The notes beneath the pieces were generated by a model. It was not told where the DNA came from. It did no database searches and was given only the letters and a program-made list of their open reading frames with translations. Both the position numbers and the translations under genes were made by a program. A stretch of DNA of 63,892 nt, counting the filler, from Octopus bimaculoides (lineage: Eukaryota): NCBI RefSeq assembly GCF_001194135.2. It is 4 parts of 4 records of this genome, joined end to end, with 100 filler letters (N's around TTAATTAATTAA, not from the genome) between each part and the next. Parts side by side here need not be neighbours in the genome. Positions count along the whole stretch, not along the records: positions 34,760 to 41,259 come from NC_068989.1; positions 41,360 to 63,892 come from NC_068995.1; 2 more parts are not named here. One strand, written 5' to 3'. Below, piece by piece: positions 39,834 through 52,901 of this stretch (its first letter is position 1; the number at the start of each line of letters is the position of its first letter).

Positions 39834-40175
39834 GTGAGTACTCATTACATTATAATGCTCTTAACATTTTCTTTCTGATTTCAATAACACTATGTAACAA
39901 GGTCTTTGTCCTTGGATAGAAACTGTTATTTCCTACTTACTTGCCCTGAGAAAGTATGAAAAATGGCTAATATTTCCTTCAAACTTTGCTTCTATTACAG
40001 TTATTCAAATCCTCAAAAATACCTCTCAGCACATGGCTATAATGATCCCTCACTACTCCTGCTCACAATCAGAGATGCCAATTCTGTCAGCCATTAAGGG
40101 ATATGCTTAAGTGGTTAAGGTCAAGCAACTGACAATCAAATATGTGGTACTAAACCGAATATTTGATATAATATA

Positions 40176-40580
40176 GGTGCAGGAGTGGCTGTGTGGTAAG
40201 TAGCTTGCTTACCAACCACATAGTTCCAGGTTCATTCCCACTGTGTGGCACCTTGGGCAAGTGTCTTCTACTATAGCCTCAGGCCGACCAAAGCCTTGTG
40301 AGTGGATTTGGTAGACGGAAACTGAAAGAAGCCCGTCATATATATATATATATGTATGTGCGTGTATGTTTGTGTGTCTGTGTTTGTCCCCCCAGCATCA
40401 CTTGACAACCGATGCTGGTGTGTTTACGTCCCTGTAACTTAGCGGTTCGGCAAAAGAGACCAATAGAATAAGTACTAGGCTTCCAAAGAATAAGTCCTGG
40501 GGTCGATTTGTTCAACTAAAGGTGGTGCTCCAGCATGGCCACAGTCAAATGACTGAAACAAGTAAAAGAGTAAAAGAGTA
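40176..40580 (+). mobile_element. Near full-length tRNA-derived SINE, family A (CORE-like; octopus OR-type candidate)
   Basis: A box gtggctgtgtggta, B box ggttcattccc, CORE-like ttgggcaagtgtcttcta, internal (TA)/(TG) tract and (agtaaaag)n tail. About 20 homologous fragments occur in the window (e.g. 1690-1925, 7565-7670, 22170-22345, 23030-23195, 25740-25910, 37485-37620, 43575-43720, 52130-52290, 59890-60060). Confidence 0.9.
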
Positions 40581-40862
40581 ATGATATTTCTACTTCAACA
40601 ACTCAGTGCTGAATCTGTCTGAAATGTAATGGAAAATAGGTCAGTTTCAAAATATTGATATCCAGGTCACAAAAGCAAAGTTTGAAGGGAATAGTTGTTA
40701 TTTTGTTTGATTTTTAGAGAGAAGCAAATAGGAAACAACACTTACTGACCAAAGACTAAAATAAAGTAAATCTCAATCCACAGTGCAGCACAACCATGGT
40801 CATGTGTCAAAAAAGCTTGCTTCCCAATCACATCGTCTCAGGTTCAGTCCCACTGTGTATCA

Positions 40863-41048
40863 TTTGTACACGTTCCTGTCAAGACATCAGGTGCTCTCGG
40901 ACCCCACACAGCTGATTTCCTTGGCAAAGTCAAGATGACAGCAACTCATTTGAGAAATGAGCCCTGCAAGGTGGAATGGATGTTGCAAGTGTCACTGGCC
41001 ATTCTCCATGGCAACATCTTTGCATTTATGTCTATGAGGCATGGCTGA
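40863..41048 (+). mobile_element. CRE-clade-like non-LTR retrotransposon 3' ORF fragment
   Basis: FVHVPVKTSGALGPHTADFLGKV...EWMLQVSLAILHGN resembles the CRE RLE C-terminal consensus FVPxAVETxGxxGPxA..LQRLSxAIxRGN. Confidence 0.65.
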
Positions 41049-41259
41049 ACATACCATTTGGACTAGAATGTACAACCTGTTACTCCCTCCCCTGCCATCC
41101 TTTGTTGCTTAATTCCATCCCTCCACTTTTCCTTTGCTTTGTGTCCTAGGTGAAGTAATTCTGGCAGGGGTGGGGTGGATCTTAATAATTTAATATTTTA
41201 TACTTTTAATTTTTTTTTTTTTCTTTTCTTCTTGTAAAAAAATATGTTGTTAAATAAAA

Positions 41260-41359
41260 NNNNNNNNNNNNNNNNNNNNNNNNNNNNNNNNNNNNNNNNN
41301 NNNTTAATTAATTAANNNNNNNNNNNNNNNNNNNNNNNNNNNNNNNNNNNNNNNNNNNN
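41260..41359. other. Scaffolding spacer
   Basis: 44N-TTAATTAATTAA-44N. Confidence 0.95.
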
Positions 41360-41361
41360 CA

Positions 41362-41395
<34 letters not shown>

Positions 41396-44320
41396 GGTTT
41401 CTAGTTTATCTAGCCAAGTATTTGTATTACCGTCTTGTAGAGATGGAAGCATTTGCCAGTATATAGATGTTTTGTGTATATTTTTCTACACCCATGTACT
41501 ATACGTAAGGGTATGTATGTGTGTGTGTGTGTGTATATGCACATACACTCATTTTTGCTTTTAATCTACAAACGTATTAGTAAACATTTGGTTAGAACAT
41601 GATAGTATTAAATAAATAAATAAATTTTCCAAATAATAATAATAATAAAAGCAACAAAATGAAAAATAAATAAATGAATAAATTTCATATTTAGCTTGTT
41701 CTCTGGAATAGGTTTGCTGAAGCAGAGAAATGGAATGAAGTAGAGGCTTGGTGGTGGTGGTGGAGGGGGAGGGTGGCGGTGTTGTTCGTCATGATTATGA
41801 TGACATTGGTGATGATGATGATGATGACGATGGCAGTGGTAACAATGACAGTGTTGATGTTGATGATGATGATGATGGTGGTTGTTTCTGTGCAAGAGTC
41901 TGCTGCTGTTGCTGCTGTTGTAGCTAAAATGTTTTGGGTTGTTTACAAGTGTCCTGTTAATTTACATTAAACTAAGTATAGAACATGTAGAGACTTCCCC
42001 CCCCCCACATGCGCACGCGCATGTGTGTGTGTGTGTGTGTGTGTGTGTACGCATGTTTGCGTGTGTGTGTGTGTTTTTCACCATCATTTCCATCTTCTCT
42101 TCTCTCTCCAACTGACTGCTTTTAGCAGACTTAACTGGAATATTCCAGGTTGTGTCTGTGTGTATGCTCATATATCTGTGTGTGTGTTTGTGTGTGTGTG
42201 TGTATGAGTGTGAGGTATGTGTGTGTGTGTGTGTGTGTTGAAATTCATTTACATTCTAGCTCTCTTCTCCTTTTAACTTAAGCTACAGAGAAGGGACAGA
42301 GCCACATGACTGTTGCTACCAGTCATGATGGTGATGATGGTGATGATGGTGATGATGATGCTGCTGCTGCTAGATATAGTAATATACAGTATTAATAATA
42401 CAGTTAAATCCCATTCTTGCTTATGCGCACACACAACTCTATGACTATGTGTATTTATGTGTGTACGTCTGCATGTGTATATACTTGTGTGTGTATATAC
42501 TTGTGTGTGTATTTACTTCTGCACACAACCATACACACACTACACAAATATATAGCAGTGTCTATTTCTGTTTCTGTGTGTATATATGTGTGTGTGTGTG
42601 TGTTGACTTTTACTCACATCCATACCAACAGGAGTTGAACTGGTTTGCTAGACAATAGTTAATTATCTATAAGTCTACGTAGCATCCCATAACAGCCACA
42701 ACATCACTTCTGTCAAATTATTTCATGGCTTTTATTAATTGAAGAATTTTATTTCGAATTTTTTTTTTTCTTATGGTTGAAATAACTTTCCCTTTGTCAA
42801 CTTTTGTGGCAGTTTAGGGCTAAGCATATTTATTCTGACATACAATTGAAGTCAAGAGCTCCTCTGATGGATCTTTAGTGTTATTTCTGTTCCATGTAGC
42901 ATTGCACATCCATGCCATTAGGAAAAAGAAGAGGATTATGTTTTGGGCAGAGTTCTTTTCTGAAGAGTAGCAGTCATTTTGTTGTATGATGTGTTTTACT
43001 GTTATTACAATTGATACCATTATTCTGCAGATGATGACAAGGAATCTGATGATGATGGAATTGGTGGTGGTTGTTGTGGTTGGGTTGTCGTCAGGGCTAA
43101 TGATATTTTCTTTCTCGCTTTCCATGCAAACTTCATTGTAATTATTTGTCACAGAGAAAATATAATTAGTTTTACTGTTAAATTAACAAAACAGCTAAAG
43201 AGTGAAGTGTGCTACCAATGCAATCAGGAACACATTTTTCTGCCAAACAAACAACGATTCTAAAGAGAATAACTTAAATCTACTTGGACCCTGTATCATG
43301 TTATTTGATGTTTTTCAAAACAGAACGAAATAAAAATGTTTTGAAACAAAAGGTTCACCTCTCAATTACAAAACTGTGGCATGCCCTCAGCAAAATGTTT
43401 AATGTTGGATTCATTGAAGTTAATTTTAGTTTTAGTTGCAAGTATATTAATTTACAGCATAAACGTATGTTCTTTCACAAATGGTATTTGTTCTTTGTGA
43501 TTTTCAAGAGGATAAGATACTGAAATTTTCATAGGATTTCTCCCCCCCCCCCTTCCTATTGTATCTTTAACAGTTATGGTTGTATGGTTAAGAAGCTTCG
43601 TTTCACAGCTACATGCTTTCAAGTCCAGTTTCATTTTACAGAATCTTGGAGAAATGTCTTCTACTGTAGCCCTGGGCCAACCAATGCCTTGTGAGTGAAT
43701 TTGGTAGTCAGAAACTGTGAAAACTCATTCTGTATATCATCATCATTGAATGTCTGTTTTTCATGCGGACATGGATGAATGATTTGAGAGAAGCTGGCAA
43801 GGCTAGGGGACTGCGTTACGCTCCAGTTGTCTTCTTTGGCATGGTTTCTATGGTTACATGCCCTTCTTAATGCCAACCACTTTACAGAGTGTATGTGTGT
43901 GTATATGTATATCCTTGTGTTTGTCCCTGCTATTGCTTGTTAAGCAGTAGTAAGGACACACAAGCACACATGTGATGGGCTTCCACACAGTTTCCATTTA
44001 CCAAATTTACTCACAAGGTGTTGGTCATTTTCCATTTCTGAGATTAATTTTCTGTGGGTCAATCATACACAACTTCTTTCCATATTGTCTTTTGTTTACA
44101 AACACACACAAACACAAATGGCAGATCTAATGAATGTTGTTCAATCACTTATTACACAGCATAAAGCACAGCCAATGGATCAGTTGAGTTGACCAGTGGT
44201 GCAATGTGGTGATGCTAAGAATTCTAAATAAATATACAATGAACTACTTGTAGAAAATGTTTCTTTGAAGCGTGAAATGTAGTGTGTTAAAATTCCATCA
44301 CACACACACACATACACACA

Positions 44321-44375
<55 letters not shown>

Positions 44376-44585
44376 GGTTTTCTGTTTTAGACACATTAAT
44401 GTATTCTTAGCATCCAGGACACATTGTAATGTGGTTGTTGTTAGGAAGGGTATCCTGCTATAGAAACCATGACAAAGCTAACATTGGAATTGGTCTTGCA
44501 GCTCCCTAGATTCTATCAAACCACCCAACCCATTCTACCAGCATGGAAAAAAGGATGTTGAATGGTGGTGATGTATATATATGCT

Positions 44586-44633
<48 letters not shown>

Positions 44634-45046
44634 TGCATAACCAACTTTTGAACTATCAATTTGGATCTGAATTATTATAATTTACATATTTCCTTGCCCA
44701 ACAACATCCAACTGGCTTTCACTGTATAGTTTGATCGTAATGTATCATAGCACAATCACTCTATGCCGCTTCCTAGCAACAGTGAGCTGTCCTATTGCTG
44801 TTCTATAAGGTTGGTATTAAGTAGACTTAACTATAAGAGATTGTCTTTTAGTGGCAAAGGCAAAAACTGTTAATTTTCATAATGGACATTATTATAGTCC
44901 CACACAAAGTTAATCTTTCTGAGGATTTTTAACAGAAGCATTTATATTGAAATGTGATGAAACTGAATCCTGCCTGTTTTCTCTTTGTTATTTTTATTAT
45001 TAAAATTAGCTTGTGTAAGACTCTGGGGATATATATATATATATAC

Positions 45047-45077
<31 letters not shown>

Positions 45078-48000
45078 TATACTTATAAACACACACACAC
45101 ATGCACACATTATGTAGATATATATAAATATATACACCCACACATACACCCACATACAGTCATGTATATATATATATATATATAGAATATATTGTATATA
45201 ATAAATCATGTGCACAGTGAACAGGATTGTTATTACATATATTATATGCATATATATTATAATATACTTGTATATTATACATGTATGCTACATGTATTAT
45301 ACATGTGTATTTATATGCAACATAGATATATTTTCTACATAATATGCTTGTATGTTATATAATATATAAATATGTATGTGTGAATATATGTGTGGAAAAG
45401 CTTGGGATAAATATTAAGCCTCCACCAAACAGAGGCCTTCTTAGAAGCTTCAGGGACGGTTTCTGCTATCTGTGAAGTGAATGGTTTTATTAAAAGGAAT
45501 TGGAATAAGTACTTCACTCTTCTCGTTAGTCATAGTTTGAAACTCTTTCATCTGTCACGTGTTGATTGGTTCTTTAGTTTTGGCCATTAGAAACGCTGCG
45601 TTTTGCTTACAGTTGCAATTAACCATGATCAACCTTGCATTCAATAGCTTCATTTCCATTCTTTGCTCTCATGAGGGGCTTCTATAGGCTCGGTTCCTGG
45701 AATGACTTAGTTATCCTTCGGTTATTATCATTCATGAACAATAATAATAATAATGATAGTAATGATGACAACATTGCTGGTTCAACTGAATTGCTGTGGC
45801 AGCCATGTTAACTGATTATTAGTGTTGATGTAGTTACTGGTGTCTTGCATTGGTGGCTTCATGTTTTATCACCAGACCTCTTCAGTCGCAGTTATAGGTT
45901 TCTCATTCACTTCTCATTATATAGAATAAACTCAGTTAAATTTTGGGTTTAGCTGTGGACAGTATCAACTCTTGATTTTTAATTCTTTAATGTCTCAATT
46001 CTTTCCATTTTCTTTCCTTTTTCTTTCTCTTTTTTTTTTTTGCAATATTAATGTATCTAACATTACTTTTTGCCATTATTACTACTACTACAACTATTAC
46101 TACTACTACTACTACTACTTGTTTATTTTATTATCTAATGCAATCTAATTAAATTGCGTTGTGAAGATGTGGAATTCCATCACCATTATATTCTCTGAAC
46201 TCATCTCTTTCTCTCCTCGGTTAATGTCTGCATTATTGTAGTTGTTGTAATAATTGTTGTTGATGTTCTGCGTACAATTTCAACATCTAACCTTTGTAAC
46301 TCAAAATGTCTGCATTTATTAAGTCAGTGCGTGTTCTTGATATTGTCTCGTGTAAAGTCAGCTTACTTCTCGTTGTCTTCTTCCTCTCTTTCACCATTTA
46401 AAGCAATATGGCAGTATTTCTGAAGGCCAATTCGCTTTTACTTTTTTTTTTTTCACATTATTTCTTCCTTTTCCTTTTATTTATATCCACACACACACAC
46501 GCGCACACACACACATGCACATACACACACGCACACGCACACACACATACACACACACACATGTGCATGTGTGTGCATTTATATATACACACACACACAC
46601 ACGCACATACATATATTTGACAAAAACAAGCCAGGTCGTTGTTGTTGTTGTTGTTATTGCTATTCCTATTTACACTTTAAAAAAAAAAATTTTTTCTATG
46701 ATGTCAACTAAAATTTTCATTTTAATGTTTGTGATTTCCATTATTTTCATCTTCTTCACATTTTAAAATTAATTTCAAATTTTTAATATATACATGCATA
46801 TTTTTTTTTTTTTGTCTCAGTTTTAATGATATTCTGCATAATTTTCCTTCTGATCCAGTTAAGAGTGTATATAAATATATGTATATAAATATATATATGA
46901 TTATATATATATATTTCCCTGGCCACATCTGGTCCACATCTTATCAACGTTTATTAGACAGTCTGCAATAACAACCTAAATGTTGATTTCTTTTGACTAG
47001 GCACAAGACGAGATTTTGTAGGGGAGGTGCGCAGTCATTTGAATCAAAGCCAGTATATTACTGGTACTTATTTTATCGACTCTCAAAATGATGAAAAGCA
47101 AAAATCAACCCCATCAGGATTTGAACTCAGAACAGTGAGGTACTGAACTATACATGGGAAAAAGAAAAGAAAAAAATAAAGAAAAAAACACAAAAAGAAT
47201 ATGTAAACAAATATATATAAAAAAAAAACAAAGACAAAATATGCACTCTACTCTGTTGGTTATCCTCCCCTCTTCCTTCCCGCACAGACAGTGATGTTAT
47301 CCTTGGTAGATTTGCTGAGTCCTTATGTGTCCTGACAAACCAGACAGACTGAAAATGCGTGTGTTATTCTTAGGCGTTTGATTGGTTACTACCTCCATGT
47401 CATAAGTGTGCTTGGCAGGACTGATCTCTGCTACTACTTAACAACTGAAACAACAACAACAACAGCAACTTTTTGTGGACATAAGCATCGCATTGGATAA
47501 ACACTTCTACAAATGCAGACAAATTGTTTGCGAATTGTTCAAATCCGTATTTCATGGTTGGATGAGGTACTCTTTAGCTTCAGCCTATAAAAAGTGTGTC
47601 TGAATAGGACTATTTTTATCACTTGGTCAACCAATTTAAATAGCCGAGTCTTTTACCGAAAGATCCAAAGCAATTCCTGCATTGTTTTTTGTTTCTTAAT
47701 TAGACATGGATAGTCTATTTATTTATTTTGTGTTGTGTTGTGTTGTGTGTATAGGGTAATTCTACCCGACTCAGCAACATTGTAACACAAGCATTTATTC
47801 TGTTGACACAGTCACCTGGAGGAATAGAAGACAAACGGGTCAGGATATAATTCGAACCCTCACATTATATTCTGATGTCTTTAAATATCTATCAAGTATT
47901 TAGTCCAGAACTTTGCTGCTTTTTTCTCTTTCTGTTTCATTTTTTATTTCTTCTTCTGCCGGCATGCTGTTCTCGTTTCATAAAATTATTGAAACTAGAA

Positions 48001-48999
48001 ATGGGTTTTCTTGGAATGTACACATATAGATGTTTGGCAGCAGCAGCAGCAGAACAATTCAAATAACGATCCTAACTGAAGTTATTATGATGAAGAATTC
48101 TGTTATAAATAAAACTGAAGGAGTGTAATTTGTAGAGAAAGTGACATGAGTTGGACATTGGGCCTTGTGCAAGGAGTAGTGGCTTAGGTCTCGAACCATG
48201 GCTCCTATATTGTCACAGTCTTAACACACAAGAAACGAAGGAGAGCAAAAAGAAACTGTGGGTGCCTGTAGGGGTAAGATATAAAATCAATTGAAGTCTT
48301 CGTCATTTAACTCTTCTGTATTAATAAAAGCCTGACTTGGAAAGTTAACTTCAATATTGGCTTTCTCGTTTTGTTTACTCAACTTGATGGTGTTCTACAG
48401 CAACTACAACAGATTAAGAAACAATGGGTTACAGACATTGAGACACAAAGTTTGCTTGTTTCAACAAAGAAGAAAATCTGCCATCATTATCATCATCATC
48501 ATTACAATCTTCTCATGAACAACTTGCTTCATAAAAAGGATACCTTTGTTTTGGTTTTTGTTTTTTTGTTATTTTTGCATTGCTGAGACTGGCTCCAGTA
48601 ATTTGTCTCACCCATCTCTCCTCTCTCCTTTTTTTTTTAATGAGGAAACTCTCTAGAAAATCCAAATAAATATTCACCCATGATGGAATATTGCTCTGAC
48701 AAATTGAGGCAACCAGCGTAATACCAGTTATTGAACTTGTGATATTTTAAGTAACATTCAGCAGAAGGACATCCTTCTTCTATTTAGTCAGAAATAAACT
48801 CTCTGTCCTTCTCTCTCTCTTTCACTGCAAGCCATCATGGCTTCCTACAAGTCATCATGTTATCTGCTCTTAGTATTCTATAAAGACGAAAAAAAAAAAA
48901 AAAGAAATTGCTGGCTGTGAACCCATCTGCACATAAAAAGCCATTGTCACTGGATAATGTGATTCCTGACAACAACTATATCTGGAAATGATGAGATGG

Positions 49000-49500
49000 T
49001 CATGTTTGGAACACTTTTGATCATAGTTCTGCTAAATCAGGGTTGTCCTGAGGTTAAGCAACAACAACAACTGCCACTGTACCTACAAACAAAGGCTGGA
49101 GCCCTTATCTGATCATTTGTCCTCTAGACAGAGCAGTTTCCCTCAAATTTACATCATATCATGAAAACAGATTGACACATTAGATAATGTAGTCCAAGAG
49201 ACAATATGGGAAAACAAGATGGGATGGTCATGGCAGGAACAGTTGACTTGATGTTAAATAACAACAACCACCACTGTGCTTATGAGCCAAAGATGAAGCC
49301 CCTACACACTCATTTGCCTGCTAGAAATAGTGATCAAATCTTCCTCAAATGTACATCATATCATTGGTAAAAAAAAAATTGGACACATTAGATAATGTAG
49401 TCCAAGAGACACTATGCCTGGAAAACAAGATGGGATGGTCATGGCAGTAAATCCTTTGATCCACAGATCTACTCAATCTGGACTAACCTGGGACTAAACA
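49000..49500. repeat. ~200-bp tandem modules of the dispersed 'agaaataacagccaaat / gatgggatggtcatgg' family
   Basis: 49141 and 49343 share gacacattagataatgtagtccaagagac. Related pieces at 28760-28990, 30060-30200, 32280-32410 and 58720-58870. Confidence 0.7.
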
Positions 49501-49971
49501 ACCACTGTATACTGTGTTTCTCACCAACATCCTTTCATTAACCAATCAACCAAGCACTATGTTACATCATTCTTGGGAACAGCTACGTCATGGAGCTAAG
49601 TTCTCCCCCCCCCTCACCCCTACTATGTGACCATTGAGTACATAAAAAAAATCTAATTTTGCAACTGCCACATGGGACAGACTTTCATTCATTCCTTTAC
49701 CATTCTGATCTGTAGAGACCACCCAATGTGATGGGTAAATGTTCCTTCTCAGAACAAGCTGATAAAATAAAAAAACTACAGGAAAATATTCTAATCTATT
49801 GCTTAGTTATATTATTTTCATATCTGTCGACTTCCCTCTTTGCACATTTGTACGTGTCTATTTACCTGTGTGAGTGTGTGTGAATTACATATAATATTTT
49901 TAATAATAGTTTGCCTCAACTCCACATGACTTGAAGTTTTGTGGGTGGGTAGGACGTGGTCATCTCATCAG

Positions 49972-50052
49972 ATGCTAGGAACGGACTGCTTCTAGAATCT
50001 GAAAGAACTGTCGGTCATGTTGAGCTGAGCCGAGCCACTATTAAAAATATAT
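49972..50052 (+). CDS. Candidate 81-nt phase 1-1 exon
   Basis: Open frame ARNGLLLESERTVGHVELSRATIKNI, GTAAGT donor, and CpG-rich relative to its flanks. Confidence 0.25.
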
Positions 50053-51254
50053 GTAAGTCCTACCAAATATATTGAATGCTACTTTCTTTTGTTTGTTCAC
50101 TCACTCGTGTGTGTTTGTGTGTATGTATGTGTGTGTTTGTGTGTATGTATGTGTGTATACAAGTATGTATGAATGTGTGCATGTGTACATATCTGTGTAT
50201 GTATACATACATGTCTCTCTCTGTATGGAAGTTTCTGTGTGTGTGTGAGTGTATTTATATATTTATATGTTGACAGGCAGATGTCTGACACAATAAATAG
50301 CACAAACAGCAGCTGATTTGGAATGTTATGTCGTTAAAGACGTTGGCTTTCTCTTCTCATATAAGCTGTTTACTCAATTAGTTGAGCTGTGCATCTGTCT
50401 TCACCTTTCAGACTCTTTCAGTTTGGACGGTTGATGACTGCATAAATATGTTACAGCAACCAATGATCAAGTCAACAGCAAAGCTAGGGGGAGATGGAAA
50501 GGATTAAGTCTTTGGTGTTGTTGTTGTTATTATTCTGTATATATTTGTTTTATTAGTATTTGTTTTTTATTTTTTGCTGTTTATTTTTAATCAGCAGATA
50601 ATTAATAATAAACTGCCATAAATATTTTTTTTTTTGTTGCTGATGACACTCTGAAAGATAATGCTGGGGCAGATGGCATGAAATTAATAATTTCTAATCG
50701 GAAATTATGTAAATCTAAAATTCAAAGAAAGAAACAAACAAACAAACAAACATATAAAGAAATAAATATACTAGCACTTTCAGCTTTAACTTTAACTGAA
50801 GGATTAGAAAGAAAAGAAAAAAAAAACTGAAAGAAATAACAAAACAAAGCTAAAAAGCTGGGTGGTGGGGATTTACGTATTTAAAAGCATTTTTTATTTG
50901 GTCAGTTTATGCTATTATCTAATACCTTATGATTGCTGTGTACATATGTGTGTGTGTGTATGTGTGTGTGTGTGTGTATGAGTTTCTCTCTTTCTCTCTC
51001 TCTATATGTGTGTGTGTGTGTGTATTTGTCCATACATTGTTTTTAAGTTTGAAAGAATATGATTTTTAAACAGGTGAGGAAATCCAGAATTGAAAGTAAA
51101 ATGAAACAGGAAACAGCTTCTGTTACCATTGTGGCATATTAATTAATTCCGTATTAATGCCATTGCATATTCTCTCCATTATTCATCAGTGACATTCTAT
51201 AGTGTTGGCCTCTCTCTCTCTCTCTCTTTCTTTCCCCACTTCTCACTCATATCA

Positions 51255-51303
<49 letters not shown>

Positions 51304-51474
51304 ATCATCTCTTTACTTTATCACCTCCCCCATCACCATCCATCCAACACCACCCCCAACCATAAACTTTGCTATATTTGTGTCTGCAAGATCAATGCAG
51401 TGTCATTGTTTTTGCATAGGCATTTTTGATTTTCAATTTAATGTGTGTGTGTGTGTGTGAGTGGTGGAGAGGGG

Positions 51475-51640
51475 GCATGGGTGTGTAGGTAAGAAGTTTG
51501 TTTCCCAGCCACATAGTTTTGAGTTTAATTCCACAAAGTGGCACTTGTGACAAGTGTCTCCTGTTATGGCCCTGGACTCACCAAAGCCTTGTCAGTGGAT
51601 TTGGGCAGACAGAAACTGAAAGAAGACCATCATATAGATG
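51475..51640 (+). mobile_element. SINE family A 5' half
   Basis: Homologous to 40176-40340. Confidence 0.8.
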
Positions 51641-52004
51641 TGTGTGTGCGAGTGGTGGAGAGAGAGAGAGAGTGTGTGTGTGTATGTGTGTGTGTGTGTG
51701 TGTGCGTGTGTGTGTTACTGACCTTTTGCTATGACATCGCATGATAATTTTAAATGAGTGTCCCTTTCTTATGAGCTGTGTCCTTTTTTTTCAGTCTTCT
51801 GTGAAAACATGTTTGGTCATAGGGAATTGTTACCTAACTTACGAAACAGGTGAGGGTTGGGGACAGGAAAGGTTTCTCGCCACAGAAAATCTGCCTCAAC
51901 AAATTCTGTCTGATTCATTTGAGCATGGAAGAGTAAGCGTTAAATAATGACATTGATGTGACATATATGTGCGTATGTATATATATGTATATNNNNNNNN
52001 NNAG

Positions 52005-52036
<32 letters not shown>

Positions 52037-52754
52037 TCATGACTGTCACCATGGCCAAATGTTTGTTTTTTTTTCATAGAAAACTAGAAGTGAACAACAT
52101 TGCTTGTAGAATGGAGATGCTTGTTTGCCAAGGGCACACACATACATACGACAGGCTTCTTCCAGTTTTCATCTGCGAAATCCACTCACCAGATTTTAGT
52201 TGACCCAAGGCCAAGGTGCCTTGCACTGGGACTGACCCCAAGACCATGTACTTGGGAAGTAAACCTCTTACCTCACAACCACACCTGCATGCCCCCCTCC
52301 CTCACTCCTTGTCTATCTCTTGATAGCTATTTAACCATTTTATTCCTGATACACATCAAGGTATTATAGCAATACATACATGTGTTGTTGTTCAAATCTC
52401 CATAGAAAGCCAGTGTTTTCCTTTCTGTTCACCCACCTACCTGTCCATCCACCTTTCGTTTTCTAATTTCAAGTTTATCATTGCACTCTGATAGTTGTAT
52501 ATGTATTGTTATTGGTGCTCTGTTGAGTAATGGCCAAACAAGTCTTGTCTCTTAAGTATGGGGGAGATAGGGCAGAACTCATCCAGCTCTTCTTATAATG
52601 GATTATACACACACACACACCTACATATGTATGTATTTATGTACGTGTGTGTATAATCAGCTATAAAAAGCAATAGAGCTGTCTAGAGCCATTAATTTCC
52701 TTACTTTTTTTTTGTTGTTTCTTATTTTCTTTTAGCTCTTTTGTCATGTCCATA

Positions 52755-52773
52755 GATATTATTATCATTATTA

Positions 52774-52837
<64 letters not shown>

Positions 52838-52857
52838 CGTTATCGTTATTATTATTA

Positions 52858-52900
<43 letters not shown>
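52755..52900. repeat. (ATT)n microsatellite
   Basis: Seen directly in the sequence. Confidence 0.95.

Positions 52901-52901
<1 letters not shown>

Larger units (their letters stand above)
35790..39900 (+). repeat. Tandem segmental duplication (about 35790-37460 vs 38530-39900)
   Basis: Both units show collinear homology: ~46-bp minisatellite, C-rich tract, (ATC)n, upstream region, exon and intron start. Confidence 0.85.

Noticed and set aside
39999-40110. Phase-1-compatible acceptor and 35 open codons downstream of copy 2
   Set aside because: It lies in repeat family C and encodes no Cys pattern or module; retained only as a remote possibility for a terminal exon.
42820-43152. 110-aa minus-strand ORF with two hydrophobic stretches
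   Set aside because: Non-ATG start in the track, partly trinucleotide-derived, with no splice or homology support.
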